From: Camelus dromedarius
Lineage: Eukaryota
Assembly (NCBI RefSeq): GCF_036321535.1
Contig: NC_087436.1
Coordinates: forward strand, 30,816,001-30,880,000
DNA: 64,000 nucleotides
Direction: 5' to 3'
The position numbers and the translations under genes were made by a program. Shown here one piece after another: positions 38,563 to 52,476 of the stretch (position 1 is the first letter of the stretch; each line of letters starts with the position of its first letter). The notes under the pieces are model-generated. The model did not search any database and had not been told where the DNA came from. It worked only from the letters and a program-made list of their open reading frames with translations.

Positions 38563-39061
38563 GAGAAATTGCCATCCAATATTACTCTTCTGGGGGAATC
38601 CTAAACAAATGTACACATACCCACCGTACAGGAGATAGAACAATAATAAAAAGCACAGAGGCAAAGCTGACCTGGGAGGAAATGTACTGTGAAGACACAG
38701 TGCCATTCTCCAAGGGGCCACCCTGAGGCTATTACAGCTATACAATTGCCTGCTCAGAAAAGCTTCCCCCAGCACAGAAATGAAGGGGCAAGTCGACCCA
38801 CACTCGGAAATAGCAATACTCTGATAAACAGGTGCAGATATGGGCCAAATGTACAATAAAATTAGTATCTTTTTTGAAGTAAGTTGGCCCACTTTGAGGA
38901 TCCCATATGTGAATTCTCCATAGTTCAGGATCTAATTTGGTGTGTAGCTAAATTAATTAATAAAAACAGAAAGCAAATACTAATGACTTTTACTTTTTTG
39001 AATGTAATAATTTTCCTTGGTCATAATTATTCATTAGTGGGAGAGAGATGCTTTAGCCTAG

Positions 39062-39275
39062 AACAGATTTCTCACCCTTGGCACTATGATATTTTGAGCC
39101 AAATAATTCTTTATTATCCAGGGGCTGTGCCTTACAGGATGTTAACAGTTTCATTGGTCTCTCACTACTAGAAACAACTAGTGCTCCTCTCTTAGTTGTT
39201 ACAATCCAAAACATCTCCATAATGGACACATTTCTCCAAATTTGCTATGAAACAAATCCCACTCCTCCACTGGCG
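39062..39275 (+). mobile_element. MER20 hAT-Charlie element
   Basis: ttctcacccttggcactatgatattttgagccaaataattctt...caggatgttaacag...ctcactactaga...agttgttacaatccaaaacatctcca. Confidence 0.88.
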
Positions 39276-40768
39276 TAGAGAAATATGCTGTATCTTTTTA
39301 TTCTCGTTTTCATATCCCTTTTATTTCTAATTACTGGAATCTTGTCCATACATCAGATTATTTTCTGAGCAGTAAATAATGTGCCTTTCATTAACTGCCA
39401 ATTTTTCTGCTCCCATACTACACTTTCAATATTAAATTATGACTCTATTCTCCTTTTCATGTCTGAGGATTACTGGTTTAATTTTTTTTACTATTTTAAT
39501 TTAATTTAATTGTGTTTATTTTAAAACAGTAGGAAAAGTTTGTACTTCTCTGACTTCCACACCATATTTTCCCAGAAATCTTTCTATCTTTAAAGAAAAA
39601 AAGTAGGAACTATTTCATTAAAAAAAAAATTTGGCCAGTAAAATTTCTGATTTAGTCCACTTTATGGGTTTAAGGAAACATTCTTCAAAGTACAAACATA
39701 ACTGAGAGATTTAAAATACTGTCACTGATGAAATTCATTTTGTGAGTTAAGAAATTACTGTTTTAAAATATGAGTATAACTTGAAGGATTAAAATACTGT
39801 CATTCAGTTTTTATGGATGTCATTAATCATCAGCTTTCTTACTTTGCTTTCACTCCCTTAAGAAAACTGAGGTTTAAAATACATTTTACACAAAATACTC
39901 CTTTTTCTTAACAACTGGAAGAAAATAGTTAGTTTGAAATAACAATGTTGGATTAAAAATGGGGATTCAGTGAGCTGGTGCTTCCTTGTGTCTTGCTATG
40001 AATATGTGTAATATCATGGGGTTGGGGAGCAACTGGCTTTCTGGTTCAGGCTAATGTAATAAACATTAGAATGAGAGAGAGCATAAAAGGAGTTAGGAGA
40101 CCTTTGAAGAGAACGTTCCTCTACTTAAAAATTTCCCCAGAGTAAAACATAGACGGAATTATATGCTATTATATACATCTCTATTGACTCTCAACTTTGC
40201 TCTTCTTCTTGCCTGTTCTGAGAAATATATTCTAAATCCTATAAATGCATAAAATGTCTACTGCACATTCAGAAAACTTCTAAACTGTTCGATTTTTGTT
40301 TCACATTCGTCTTGAATCATCTAATACTATTTGATATTGTACAATAATAAAAACTTAGCCTCTATTTTAAAGGTAAAAGTACAGAGTTCACAGAAAGGTG
40401 TCTATGCTTAGTGTAAATCTCTGATAACAACAGTTAATCATGCTGACATAGGTAAGGGAGTTTTTTTTTCCTTTACTGTGTCCCATGCTAGAAGAAAACT
40501 CGATTTACATGGACAAGTTGTGAAAGAGATGATCAGGCACCTGGAATTTTTGCACACAGATCCCAGGCAAAAGCAATATCAAGAATTGTGAAGAGCAGGT
40601 TCTAATAGAACCTTGGAAAATCCCAATAAGTAGATCTCTAGAACCAAATTAATACTAGGGAAGAGTGAGTATAACATCTCTAAAAAGCTACAATGAGAAA
40701 AGTTGTTGGTTGCTTTATTTATTCTAATAAGGACTTTTTTCTTGATCTTTTTACATGCATTTTTACAC

Positions 40769-41110
40769 TGTCTTAGGCTGAGTTTCCTATTGGGGAGCCC
40801 AAGACAGGCATTGGGTAACACAAGATTAACTGGGAGAGGCCTCATGTGGAGAAACCTGTAGGAAATGAAGCTGGACAGGGAAACATACAAGCAAGGATGT
40901 GTTTTCAACTATAGTCTAGCCTTGGCCTGATTCTCAGGAGAAGGGCTCTAGGGCATAATTCACATTAATATTACCTCCTTTGAGGCACTGGGGACAACCT
41001 GTACCCCAACTCCATCAGCCACTATTGGTGAAGTGTCACCTGAGGGCAGTTCTCTGGAGAAGAGCAGCAACATTCATATCAATGAATCTAAATGGAGAGA
41101 TTCATACTGT
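40769..41110 (-). mobile_element. ERVL LTR (LTR16/LTR67 type)
   Basis: Starts tgtcttaggctgagtttcc (antisense 3' end) and contains gagggcagttctctggagaag. Confidence 0.65.
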
Positions 41111-41149
41111 CTGGTGATAAAAAGACATGACTGAGGTCCTCAGCTTTTC

Positions 41150-41399
41150 AAGGCTTCACAGTACAGGTATCAAGCCTAAGAGTAAGTAAGCATTCAGTTG
41201 ATTCCAGATACCCCAGCTGACTCTGAATTGACCTAGTCTTCAAGCCAACGCGTCTTGACACCATGCAGAGCAGAGGCAAGCTATATCTGCAGAGCTACAC
41301 CCAAGCTGCAGACTCGTGAGCAAAATCAATGGGATCATTGTTTCAAAGCTAGTAAAGTTCTGGGGTGCTTTGTAATGCAACCACAGCAGCCAGAATGCA
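41150..41399 (+). mobile_element. MaLR LTR 3' part (MLT1H/I/J type)
   Basis: gcagagcagaggcaagc...ctgcagactcgtgagcaaaatcaatg...ttgtttcaaagctagtaaagttctggggtgctttgtaatgcaacca. Confidence 0.8.
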
Positions 41400-41899
41400 T
41401 AGGTTCTAAAGTCAGCTGAACTTGCATTTCATACATAACAGCTATGTAACAACTTTGAACAAGTAACTGGAGTCCTCTGTGCTTTAGAATAATCAGCACT
41501 TACCTCATAGGATTCCAGATATAGTACACAGGAAGTCTTTGACCAGTTTTTGAATCTGCATTGATTAATGGAGTTCCTCAGTCTATCTAAAGGCCCCCTA
41601 AATTTTTAAAAGGTGCTCTTACATGCATTCCTTGGTTTTTCATATAACAACCTAAATACAATTACCCTTAATTAAACACTTCCTTTTAAACAATAAAAGT
41701 AACTTCAATGTAGTTTATGTATAATCTCACTTGGCAGGTATCTAACTTTTCTTTTTAAAAAAAGTAGAATTAACTAGTAGCAGAATTAGTATTTTTCATG
41801 GGGTTTTATCTATAACTGTATTCAAAGGAATTTTACACAATTATTTTAGAGTAAAATAATAGTTTATTACTAACTTTCATCAGGCTCATATTTTGAATG

Positions 41900-42080
41900 A
41901 TTTTCTTGTAAAAATTTATGTCTATTATTTCATTTGATCTCACAAAATATCTATCATGAACAATGATGAACCCATCTCACAGATAAGGGAATAGAAGCTA
42001 CAGTTAAATAGGCTCAGAAGAGCACAATGTTAATGTGTAGCACATTGGTAGTTCTAAATAAGATCTGTTTTCTAAGCTAA
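41900..42080 (-). mobile_element. MIR SINE fragment
   Basis: tttcatttgatctcacaaaa...cccatctcacagataagggaatagaagct. Confidence 0.65.
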
Positions 42081-45000
42081 CATTGTCATTCTAAAGTTCA
42101 GTTATTCCCCAGAGCTGTAAATTCAGAATCCCAAACTCTGTGTTCACTGGATCAAGCCTTACCTCTCAAATAACTGCAAATTTCAATTTTTTTTTCTGCC
42201 TAGTCACCTTTAGTGGTAGGGCTAGTAAATATCAAACTTGAAAAAGAATAACTCCAAAATGGTGGTAGGGGACAAAGTCATTTTGTGTCACTTCTCAGGG
42301 TAAGGTAGGACAAACAATACAATTACAACTGAACGTAAAGAAGAATTTTCCAGCAATCATTGCTGCACAGCATGGCAAGAAACTGTTTTAAAAAGAAGCA
42401 ACTTTAGAAAATATATTTAGTTGAAGTTTTATGAGACACTTTTCTGAAATCCACTGACTATATTATCTTCTTTTTGTCTTACGATATTTAAGTTCTCATC
42501 AATTTTAGATTAACAGGTTTATAACAGAGAACTGTGGGAAAATGTATCACTGATCATTTCAATCATTTTAATTTAAATCTATTAGCATTAAATATAATAC
42601 ACATATGTATAAGTCCTCCAGTATACCAATGCACTTCAAAGAATTATAAAAATATGCCATCCTTACAGTCCAATACTCTGATATGCATATGCACTTATTG
42701 TTATTTTGTAACAAACTAGGAAACACTGACTTTTTTAGTTTGTGCAAATCTCAGAATTTCATCAGCAGAGTAGATCCACATACTCTATTTTTTTAAAAAA
42801 ACTTCCAAGACCTACCAACTCTGGGCACTTGACTCTTTTACCATTAAAGGAACCAAGCTGATATTTTTCAGAGGCAGCCAATAAATGCCGTTTCCAGTCT
42901 GACACCTGTAATAACTCTCCAGGTTTTAGTTCAAAGACAAGTTTATCAGCTTGGCTTGCCATCCTTGAAAATAGGTTGTTAAAGTGAAAAATCTGAAGGA
43001 CCTTTATAGCTCCACTCCCCTCAACCACCTTTATACTAATATTAATCCTGTTTTAATTCAATGCCATTTTAAACTTCTCTTTTTCATGATTTGTTCACCA
43101 AACTGCAATGCTTTCTAGATTTCCAAGACAACCACAATTCAGAGGCCAGACCTAAGCAATTAAGGCCATTTTGTGTCAAAATAAAAACTGGAGAAATTCC
43201 AGCTGGTGGATACCCCATGAGACATATATATCTCAGAACTGAGGTAGTTATATACTACTTTATGGACTTCTGTATAGTACTGCTAGACATAATAAATTCA
43301 GATAAAAGGCAGCCAGACATAACATTCCTAGAGTACTATCCATAGAGCTCCTATATCTGCAATGCATCAGCTGATCATACAAGTAGGCTATTAGGCATGA
43401 TCTCTACAATTTTGAGTTAAGTGCCTACAGAACCTTAGATGAATGGATGGTAGGTTTAGCACTTGGAAGTATTTTACAAGGTGCTGCAGTAGGAGAGGCT
43501 TAATAATGAACCTCAGAAAAATCTTGATGTGTTTTGTAGTGTTACCCAACATTAAAAAAAAAAATTAAAAGAATTCAATAGAGAGCCAGAGATGCTGACC
43601 ATTTTCTAATACTCAGGAGGGTTCTTTAAAGGTCTTTGGCATAATTCCATTCACTGTGGTTGACTGACAGCTATTTCAACTATGTGCCTTTAGAATCTTC
43701 ACAGAATTTTACTAGGAAAGGGAAACTAGGATCCTAATTTCATATCTAACAGTGCTTCAAAAATATGTACCATGCATTTAATCTCTATGGGGTTCATTTT
43801 CTTTATATATCAAATTAGAAGGATGATTAAGATAATCTATATTGTGCTTCCAATTTCTATGAACCATGGATATGTGTGCATAATATCCTATGATCAGCCT
43901 ATAAAATATTTCAAAAATAAAATTAAATAAATTTTATTCTATTAAATGTACGAAATACATTTCTATTTGAAGAAATGGTAAAAGTTAAACTAGGATTGAG
44001 TCTTAGTTGAAAAATGACTGAAAAAAATGACCTGAAAAGTTGGGCAAAGTTAACAAGGAAAAGAAGCTTTATTGCCTGTATTACATTGATACCTTCTTTA
44101 AAACAATGAGATAAAAGAAACTGAAACATTTAGAATGTATGTCTCATAGACTGTCATCATTTCTTACTTAAGAGTAAGTAAGAAGAAGTAATGAATGATT
44201 GTCTAGAATATGCAATTTTTCAGGGGAAAATAATGAATATGGCATTTGGTGTCTCACTTTTATTTTGGATTATATTTCTTTATACTAAAAATCAAAAGAA
44301 CATTAAACACTTGTTATATTTTCAACTGGGCCCTCATATGTATAGTGATGAATCAGAAAAGTAATATTTTAATGACTTTGTTTCCTATCTGCGTAAGACA
44401 GATTAAAGTACTTTTTGCTTTGATCATGGTGACACAAAAGTTAAGTACATGTACATAAATTACTAACTTCATTAAATTAATATTAAAACTACATGATTTG
44501 TAATTTATATAGTAGAACACAAATGTAAGAAAAAAAGAAACCAAATAGATCCTTTTCTCTTTAAATCCCAATATAGTATTCTCAAATATAATTTCTCCAA
44601 AAAATGAAGAAAGTTGTATATGTACATATAATACACTACTGAATATAAAAGCAATTTTATAGAATGTACTATATAATCATGTTCTGGGCAGCAACAACAG
44701 CTTTTATGCTCTATTTCAATCAATCAGCATGGATACTGAAATGCTCACTATCAGACCCTTGGGGTACAAGGCCCTTGACTGACTGAGGGACTGCTGAACC
44801 GCATACCCACAGCTTTCCTTCTATTCAGCTATTCCGTGGAGCAGTGAGTACGCTGGAGTAACTGCAGTTTGGCCTAACTGGTGACAACTCTAGATTTTCA
44901 GATTTTGGACATAAAGAGCTGAATGAAGAGAATACTAGAAAATCTTACCATATTTTCTTTCCTCTAGACCCAAGCTTTCTTCAGTAAAACAAACAAATAA

Positions 45001-47479
45001 CCAACCAAACTCATAAATAAACAGAGAAATAAGCTTAACACACACTTGATAAATTATTTCCTACTTATGAATGAGAACTTTAAACTCAGCCTTTAGAAAT
45101 CATGGAGAAAGAAGAGTCTTTTTCAGATTCCAGCTCTGGTCACCAAATAAAATGTACATCTATATGCCTAAAGTAAATATATATATATACATATGATCTT
45201 TTTAGCATTCTTAGCAATATCATTACTCCAAGTGCTCTTAAATACTTCTCTAAATTCATTGAAGAGTTTGTATTATTTACATTCACCTATTTAATAGTGT
45301 TCTTAAGGTAGTAAGCAACAAATTTTTATAAAGAAAATTATGAACTCTTACTGCTAGGGAAACTGCTGATATATGTGCTGAAAAGTTGAGCTTGAACATT
45401 CCAAGTGTCTAACATGTAGTCATGCTGGCTTGGTAAAAGTAAAATCTCTTCTTGTAAGCAATTTTATGAACCTAAAACTGCAGAATAAATAATAGAAAGA
45501 TTTTTATTCTTGAACTCTTATGTTATATCAAATAACAAGCATATTTTGAATTATTAGACAACAGTATTATATACAAGGGTTCTGTTGTCCACATGAGCCA
45601 CCTGCTTTTTTTATAACAACCTTTTGTGGAATTACAGTTCCATAATTTTCAACAGTTTATTAAGTATTCATTATCATTCATCATTCATAACCATTTCAAT
45701 GTGACCATTGCCTAAATGGACAAATGGGGGAGAAGAGATGAGATTTAGAATTAAAAATTAAAATCTATTAAATGTTTTGTATCATAATAAGTGTTTCTAG
45801 AGGAGCAAGAGAGGAATATAGACATTTTTAAAGTGGCATATCTGAATATGAATTTCCTACAATGTATTCTTTGCTTGTGGGTTGTATCCTGGACAAATAG
45901 GAGTCACCTTGGATGCAGGCGTATCTCTGTGAGACTTGCTTTTCTCTCTGTAAAATGAGGAGGTTAACTTCATGATACCTAAGATCTATTCCAGCTCTGA
46001 CATTCTGGTCTAGAATCCAGAGACACCATCCAAAATGCAAATAGGCTTTCTAATGCTACTGAAAATATGACCTGTATGTATATGTATGCGAAAATGCCTG
46101 TTATGTCAATAACAAAAAAAAAAGACTCTGAGGTTCTTTAATAGTTAAATTTTTATAAATGTGAAGAGCACTTTCATATTTGCTTGGGCATTTTCATTTG
46201 GAAAAATGGTATGATTTTATCATCTGCATTTAGTCAGACTGGATTCATTCATTTCTAAAAATATCACTTTCACTATGGTGCAAATCTAAACAGTCTGGAA
46301 GAGTAGAATAGTAGGAAGATGTTTTACTAGAAGCTGAAAGGCTTCAATTCAGGATGTTCTGCTCTGTGAGGAGGTCAGTTTACTTTTAAATAAAATTCAA
46401 GACTAGTACCAACTGAAAGTAATTTTTTCAACATTTTACATAAAACATGTTTTATTTGAACACTATTCTATCAGATAGGCATTTTATTAAGCCACATGAG
46501 TGGTTTGTCATTGGAGGTTGATTTCTTGGAAACAATACTTCTTTTACTAGAAATGCATATAAACTTTTATCATGGTTATAAGACAAATAAGATTCAATAA
46601 CAGATATTTAAGAAATATATATCAAACTCTATGGAATAGATAAATCTGTTACGTAAAATAAAATGCAGCTATCTCTTTATTGAAGCATTTCCCTTTATTG
46701 CAGGCATATTAACTAATCCATTTCTATTTCCTTTTGGATCTTTATAGCCCTTTATGCTCATCCCAAAACTGTTAAGTGCACGTTGGCAGAAATCCAACAG
46801 CTCATTGTAGCCTCCCTGAAAGGGCTCTAGAAGCCTACATCTAGACTATGCAGAAATTTTCAATATACTCACCCAACCTGGGCAATTTCTAAATAGTTTC
46901 TCTTTCATCTTCTTCTGTTACCAAGGACTTTTACAAATGGTATCAGAAGATGACCACATCATTTTTTAAGAAATATTATAGTGTCAGTTATTTTTTATTT
47001 ATCAGTGGAAGAAAGGAGCCCTTGCTAAAAATTTGTGAATTAGGTGATTTGCCTTTTTCCTGGTACCACTGAATTCCTTCTCCACCAATTCCTAGATACT
47101 GAAACTTTCCATAGAACTCTGGTCTCCTCTGGCAACTCTCACCATTGAAAATATACGATGCATTACTTCAGCTAATAATATCTTAAGTTACTACTCCTCT
47201 AGGAAAATTTGCACATTAGGGAACATAACACTAATTACATAACTTTGGCGTTGTGACGAGTTGCCAAGAGACAACTTCCCTTGCAAAAAAATTACCAGTA
47301 ACTACATAATTTGAGGTACACTGCCTAATTGGCTATATTTGAGGCTGGAAAAACAATAAAAATTTGTGAATTAAATTTGTTTTTAATCTTAAAAACAGTA
47401 TCATTTTGTTTTTAATGAATCTGTTAGGTATTTCTGATGAGACATACACATACACATAGCATCAGAAATAGATTATAAT

Positions 47480-47625
47480 CTCTGTGTGTATATATATTTT
47501 ATATGTGTATATGTATATATAGACACAAAATTCAAAAATTTGTGTACATAGTATATACATGTACAAAATACATATAATATATACATATGCAAAATTCAAA
47601 TATATATATATATATATATATATAT
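47480..47625. repeat. Low-complexity TA/TG-rich tract with a (TA)n run
   Basis: Perfect (TA)n at about 47601-47624 within an imperfect TATG-rich stretch. Confidence 0.85.
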
Positions 47626-49719
47626 TTATTATTTCAGAATTTCTGGTCCATTTCCTTTAAATGTACAAGGCTGTTATGTGAGACTGATCGACCTAGTGAT
47701 CCATCGGTTGGCATTAACAACTTGGTCCAAATCATACTTTTTTCTAGTTTCCAAGTATCCCATCTGACTTTAGTGACAACTCATTTCAAAAAATGATGAG
47801 CATTATGCTGTGTTTCTTATTAGAAGTGTAGACGCAAGAAGCATATTACAAAGGATGAAAAATGTAACTACATGTTGCAATCTATTTCTTATGTAGGTCA
47901 TTCTCTTTGATCCTCACTTGAAAGTATTACCATTTCCAGGAGATGTTACAAAAAAATAAAAAGCAATTACCACCACATCTCAGTTAGAGAAGCTTATAGT
48001 ATTAAGGGTTCATCACATTTTTTGCTCTTCCTTTTTTCCCATCTGAAAAACAGTGTTACATGGTTTCAGGCCAAGAAGTTGAGATTTCACTTTTCCATTA
48101 GGATTTTTTTCTTTAGCCTTGAAAAAAAATTCAGCTTGTGAGTAGTGCTTTTTAAAAGAGTACTAAAAAATAAAGGAAAGATGCTCATCCTTTTATGGAA
48201 CAAGGAACTGTGGTTAGGCAATGCTAAGTCTTTTAATACTATCACTGAATACTAAAATAACATTACTGCTTCAGTGAAATACTTTACATTATCCACAATA
48301 GTTTTTCAATAAAAAAAGTTTCATAAAACTTGAAATTCAGTAGGCTTAGATTATATTAACACCCCAAACTTTACTTTTTATAATCTTAATGCTCAAAAGA
48401 ATTTTTACCATATTTTAGTAATTTATTCTTTTGGTGAGGTAGAACATTATTATTAATATTTTCAATAGAGAAGCAGGGGCTGTAGTGATAAAAATTTTCT
48501 AAGTCACCAAGTTGGAGTTAGTGGAAGAACTGAAACTAAAAATTTGTGTCTTATAACATAAATCTCTAAGTAGACTTTATAATGCCAAGAAAAAATCACT
48601 CTCTTAGAATATGCAAAATCAGGAGCATGATTTTGTTACACTACTAATTATGATGCATTTGTATTTAATAACACATTTTAGAATTTCTAAGGCCTTGTCA
48701 TTTCTTGAGACATAAGGTATCATTTAGAAATCTGATAAACATCTTAAAATCCTGTTTTCCTAATTCCTCTTAATAGAAGTTACAAAAAAGGAGAAAAAGA
48801 AAAGAGATATGAAAGATTATATCTCTCCCTGCAAAACATTTTCTACCTCTAATACCCAACTGTTTGATTCTATTTTCTAACAGTCATGAATTGGCAACAA
48901 GCATTTTATGCATATAAAATGAGTAATAACAAATTCATATTTTAATTTGGTTATGTTAATTTTTTTATGCCTAAAACTTGAAATATTATATTGGGAAGAA
49001 TTCCAGGTACACTATTCATTTATGTGTCCAATTTAGGAAAAGTTTATTAACTTCTATGATTTTCTGTTACTTCATCTAATGTATAAAATATCATATTACA
49101 GTTTTTAATAAATAAGTTAATGGAGATATTATAAATGAAAATACATAGCTCATTATAAGTGCTCAATAGTATTTTCTTCTCTCTTTCATGAGGGTGAATT
49201 GTAAATTTCCTTAGTAACTGTTAATGACGGTAGGCCAGTTTATACTATTACATTAAGAGATTTTAATTTCAAGTGATGGTGACTTAATTCACAGAACACT
49301 CAGCATATTAGTGCCTGCAACCTTTTCTGGCACATAAATTGTGCTCAATTATCTGTAGACTTCAGCTGATAATACATGAACCTAAAGATGTTACCATACA
49401 TCCAGCCTTTTCTTTTTCTTTAACTGCTGAAATCATTCCCAAAGTTTGCATTTAAAAAGGTGGGATATCAGAATACTGTATTATATGCTATGAAAGTAGA
49501 ATCAAAATAGTCAACTGACCCAATCATAAAAGCCTTTACTATGTTTCTGTCCTCAGATATGCCAGGTGTTGGGCGTAGAAGATTAAAAAGCATCATAGTG
49601 AGAAATAAAGGAGGCTTCCTCCATGATTAACTTGTCAGGCCTACATTTGCATAAATTCCTAGTAATATATAATTTTATATAACATGTAATGTACATATCA
49701 TTACATAATAATTTGTATA

Positions 49720-49920
49720 GCTATTACTAAATGCCTGCTGTTAACTTAGGCTGTGTGTTAAGCACTTTATTTTCACTTTTTTTCAGAAACCTCTAAACTA
49801 CTCATGCATAAGTACTACCATCCCCATTTACAAATGACAAGTGATGTACACAAAATATAATTTTTGCCCCAAATTTTCATGAGCAGTTACTGACAAATCC
49901 TGGATTTGAAGAGAATCTAT
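49720..49920 (-). mobile_element. MIR SINE
   Basis: ggctgtgtgttaagcacttt...tactaccatccccatttacaaatga...tttgcccca...cctggatttgaa. Confidence 0.7.
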
Positions 49921-50423
49921 AACACCAGCTTAGAGCAGCCATCACAACAAACTAGCAGCCAATCGTCCCCATCATAGGCAGGGACAGGACCATCACCATT
50001 CAGAGTGTATCATCTAATCAGAAAGTAAGTCAGAGAAGGAAACCAAACATCTTTATAAAACTTTCTTGGAAGCCGAAGAGAGGTGCTCTTCATTCACCAC
50101 CCAGTCTACTGGGACCTATCGATATTCTCGAATTCAGTAAAGTATGTTTAAATATCTTAAGAAAGGAGACACTTACTGAAGTCATATAACCAGTGCTTGT
50201 GCATCAAGAGGGCTTTGATGGAAAAAATAGTGAAATCTCCAAAAGAATCACCACATGTCCTGAGATGAACCCTGAACTGCTACTGTCCAAATCATTGGTG
50301 AGGAGAGGAAACAGTGTTGAGAAATGTTTGGCTCTTTAGAATGCCATGGAAATAAGATCCAAGTCCTTTATACATGGAAATACAAGGTATGGTATGATAA
50401 ATACGTTAAAAATGTGAAAAGAA

Positions 50424-50566
50424 CACAGGGAACTTTTGTCAATGTTTTGTAGCAACCTATAATGAAAAAGAATATGAAAGGGAATATATGTATGTATATG
50501 TGTGACAGAAATATTATGCTGTACACCAGAGGTTGATTCAACACTGGAAACTGACTGTGCATAAAA
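50424..50566 (+). mobile_element. Short L1 3'-end insertion (143 bp)
   Basis: Homologous to 22790-22920. 16-bp TSD AAAAATGTGAAAAGAA at 50408-50423 and 50567-50582, at a TT/AAAA L1 endonuclease site. Confidence 0.9.
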
Positions 50567-51439
50567 AAAAATGTGAAAAGAAATATCCCATTTTTATACC
50601 CTTAGAGGAGATTAATTAAAACTGATTTAATATTTTATAACAGCTCAATTTGGAGTGACTTATGGTTAGTAAGAAAGGCTATATTTAGTTCAAAAGTAGG
50701 GTCCACTAAAATTAAACTCTGTATGTGAATAAAACTTATGGAAAACAGTCATTTTTGTTAGCCTTTTGATCAAATCAAATAATCTCCTTATCTATGAAAT
50801 ATGAAGTAGGAAAATGTGAATTTTAGAATGCCTTCTGATTTCATACAAACAAGTCTAGCTCCTTATTTTTATTCAAATGGAAATTAATAACCGTACTACT
50901 TAGGAGTAATAACCACAGTGACATCATGACCAAGTTAAAAGGGCACTCAAAGGTAGACAACATTTTCCTTTCTAAATGTCTTTTTCTTCATGATTGCATC
51001 AGAAACTTCACATTTCACAGATCAACTGGTATCCTTGTTTCTAGTGTATATAAATGTGTTTCATTTCTTTTAATTTAATTTTCCAGAGAATGAAAATTCC
51101 TAGCCTCTAACCAGAAACCATAATAGCATTTTATTTATAAAAGTCAGTGAGAAGATCCCACCACTAAGCATGAAAACTATAAAACCAAATGGCTGAGAAT
51201 TTTTTTTTTAATCACAAAGAATTAGTAGAGTTATTTTTAAGCCTCATGATAATTGAGGGCCAGGTTTAAATGCACTTACTATCATATCATTATAAGAACA
51301 TAAAATTTAGAATAAATACCCTAAAATACAAAAGGGCAAGCATATGAAGCGTTTTATAAATTCCTGCAAGTTCATACCGTTTTTGAAGTACATATTCCCA
51401 TTACACTTGATTTTTTAATCCCATTAATTCAAATATTGG

Positions 51440-52170
51440 TAGAAAAACAAATACAGATTTATGAATTATATAATCTCATCCAGAATGTCAACACTACTTT
51501 GCAATCACCTATCTCTACTGTCTCTCTGGTATGCAAGAGAGGATAGACCTCTACAGAATTCTTCCTTCCATCAACATTTCTTTATGCTCTTTCCCTTTAG
51601 ATTTTTTTTTTCTTCCAGTCTCTCTCACTGGATCTTCTTTATGCAGAGTTTTCAATTTATGTTTCCTAGGATTCTGGAACTGGAACTCTTTTCTATCCTT
51701 CCATGCTCTTTGGAAGCATGCTATTCCCAAAGACTTCCAGGTGGCTTCACTTATCTCCAGACTCCACACAGGCACACTGGCTTCTCTACTGCATTCCATT
51801 TACATTTTTAAATACCAGTCTCCATGCAGATGTCCAATAAGAAATCGACATTTAGCTTTAAATCTGTATACCTGTTCCTACACATGTATTTTCTAGCTCA
51901 GTTACCTCATGACTCAGTTGACCAAGTTATAAATGTCAGAGTTATCTTTGGCTCCAAAACCCCCAATAATCCAGTCACACACTTGATTTTGGATCCAAAA
52001 TATCTTTAGAATATGTCTTCTTTTGCTCCCACATAGGACAAAACTTTTCCATATGTAATCTAGTCTCTTTTTCACTGGTCCTCTTACCAACTTCTCATTC
52101 ACTATTTTATTCTTCTGACTTGATGCTAAAATTATATTTTTGAAATTCAAATCTAAGCATGTGACTCATT
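51440..52170 (+). mobile_element. L2 LINE remnant
   Basis: gacttccaggtggcttcacttatctccag...gcagatgtccaataagaaat...atccagtcacacacttg...aaatatctttagaat. Confidence 0.65.
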
Positions 52171-52476
52171 AAGGATCTTAGAAATAAACAGTTACATTAT
52201 TATGTATGAATTCAGTAATTTTCCAAAGGAAGAACCGAGGGCCTGTGGTATTTCCTGGAACACTGAAATGCATATTTTTAACTCCAAGTCAGGTTGCAGA
52301 CTGAACTATAACCAAAGAGAAGTGACTTTAATGCATATAGATCATAAAATATATGAGGTGAGCATCTGAATGATAACATCAATCAAATTTATAACGCTGA
52401 TGAGTGAGTCTAAGATAACCTCTGGGGCTAGAGCCAGGTTTGGGATGCAAGTGAGGCTTTTCAGGGTAAGAGCTCA

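Larger units (their letters stand above)
33750..38900 (+). mobile_element. Decayed class III (ERV-L/ERV-S-related) endogenous retrovirus internal region, 5'-truncated
   Basis: Collinear protease, RT, RNase H, integrase and env-like remnants on the + strand. No 5' LTR is seen. Possible PPT and 3' LTR start at GGGAGGAAA|TGT (about 38674-38685). Confidence 0.92.

Noticed and set aside
17572..38900. MER68/77-type LTR with Leu PBS as the 5' LTR of the 33.7-38.9 kb provirus
   Set aside because: They are about 15 kb apart and separated by older L2 and MIR elements, which could not lie inside a younger provirus.
40769..41110. LTR16-type element as the 3' LTR of the provirus
   Set aside because: It is in the opposite orientation and about 2 kb of unrelated DNA intervenes.
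42762..43028. 88-aa minus-strand ORF with protein-like composition
   Set aside because: No convincing splice boundaries and no recognisable domain.
50177..50259. Minus-strand exon with an open frame (TCGDSFGDFTIFSIKALLMHKHWLYDF)
   Set aside because: The GTAAGT donor is good, but the acceptor pyrimidine tract is poor and the peptide is unrecognised.
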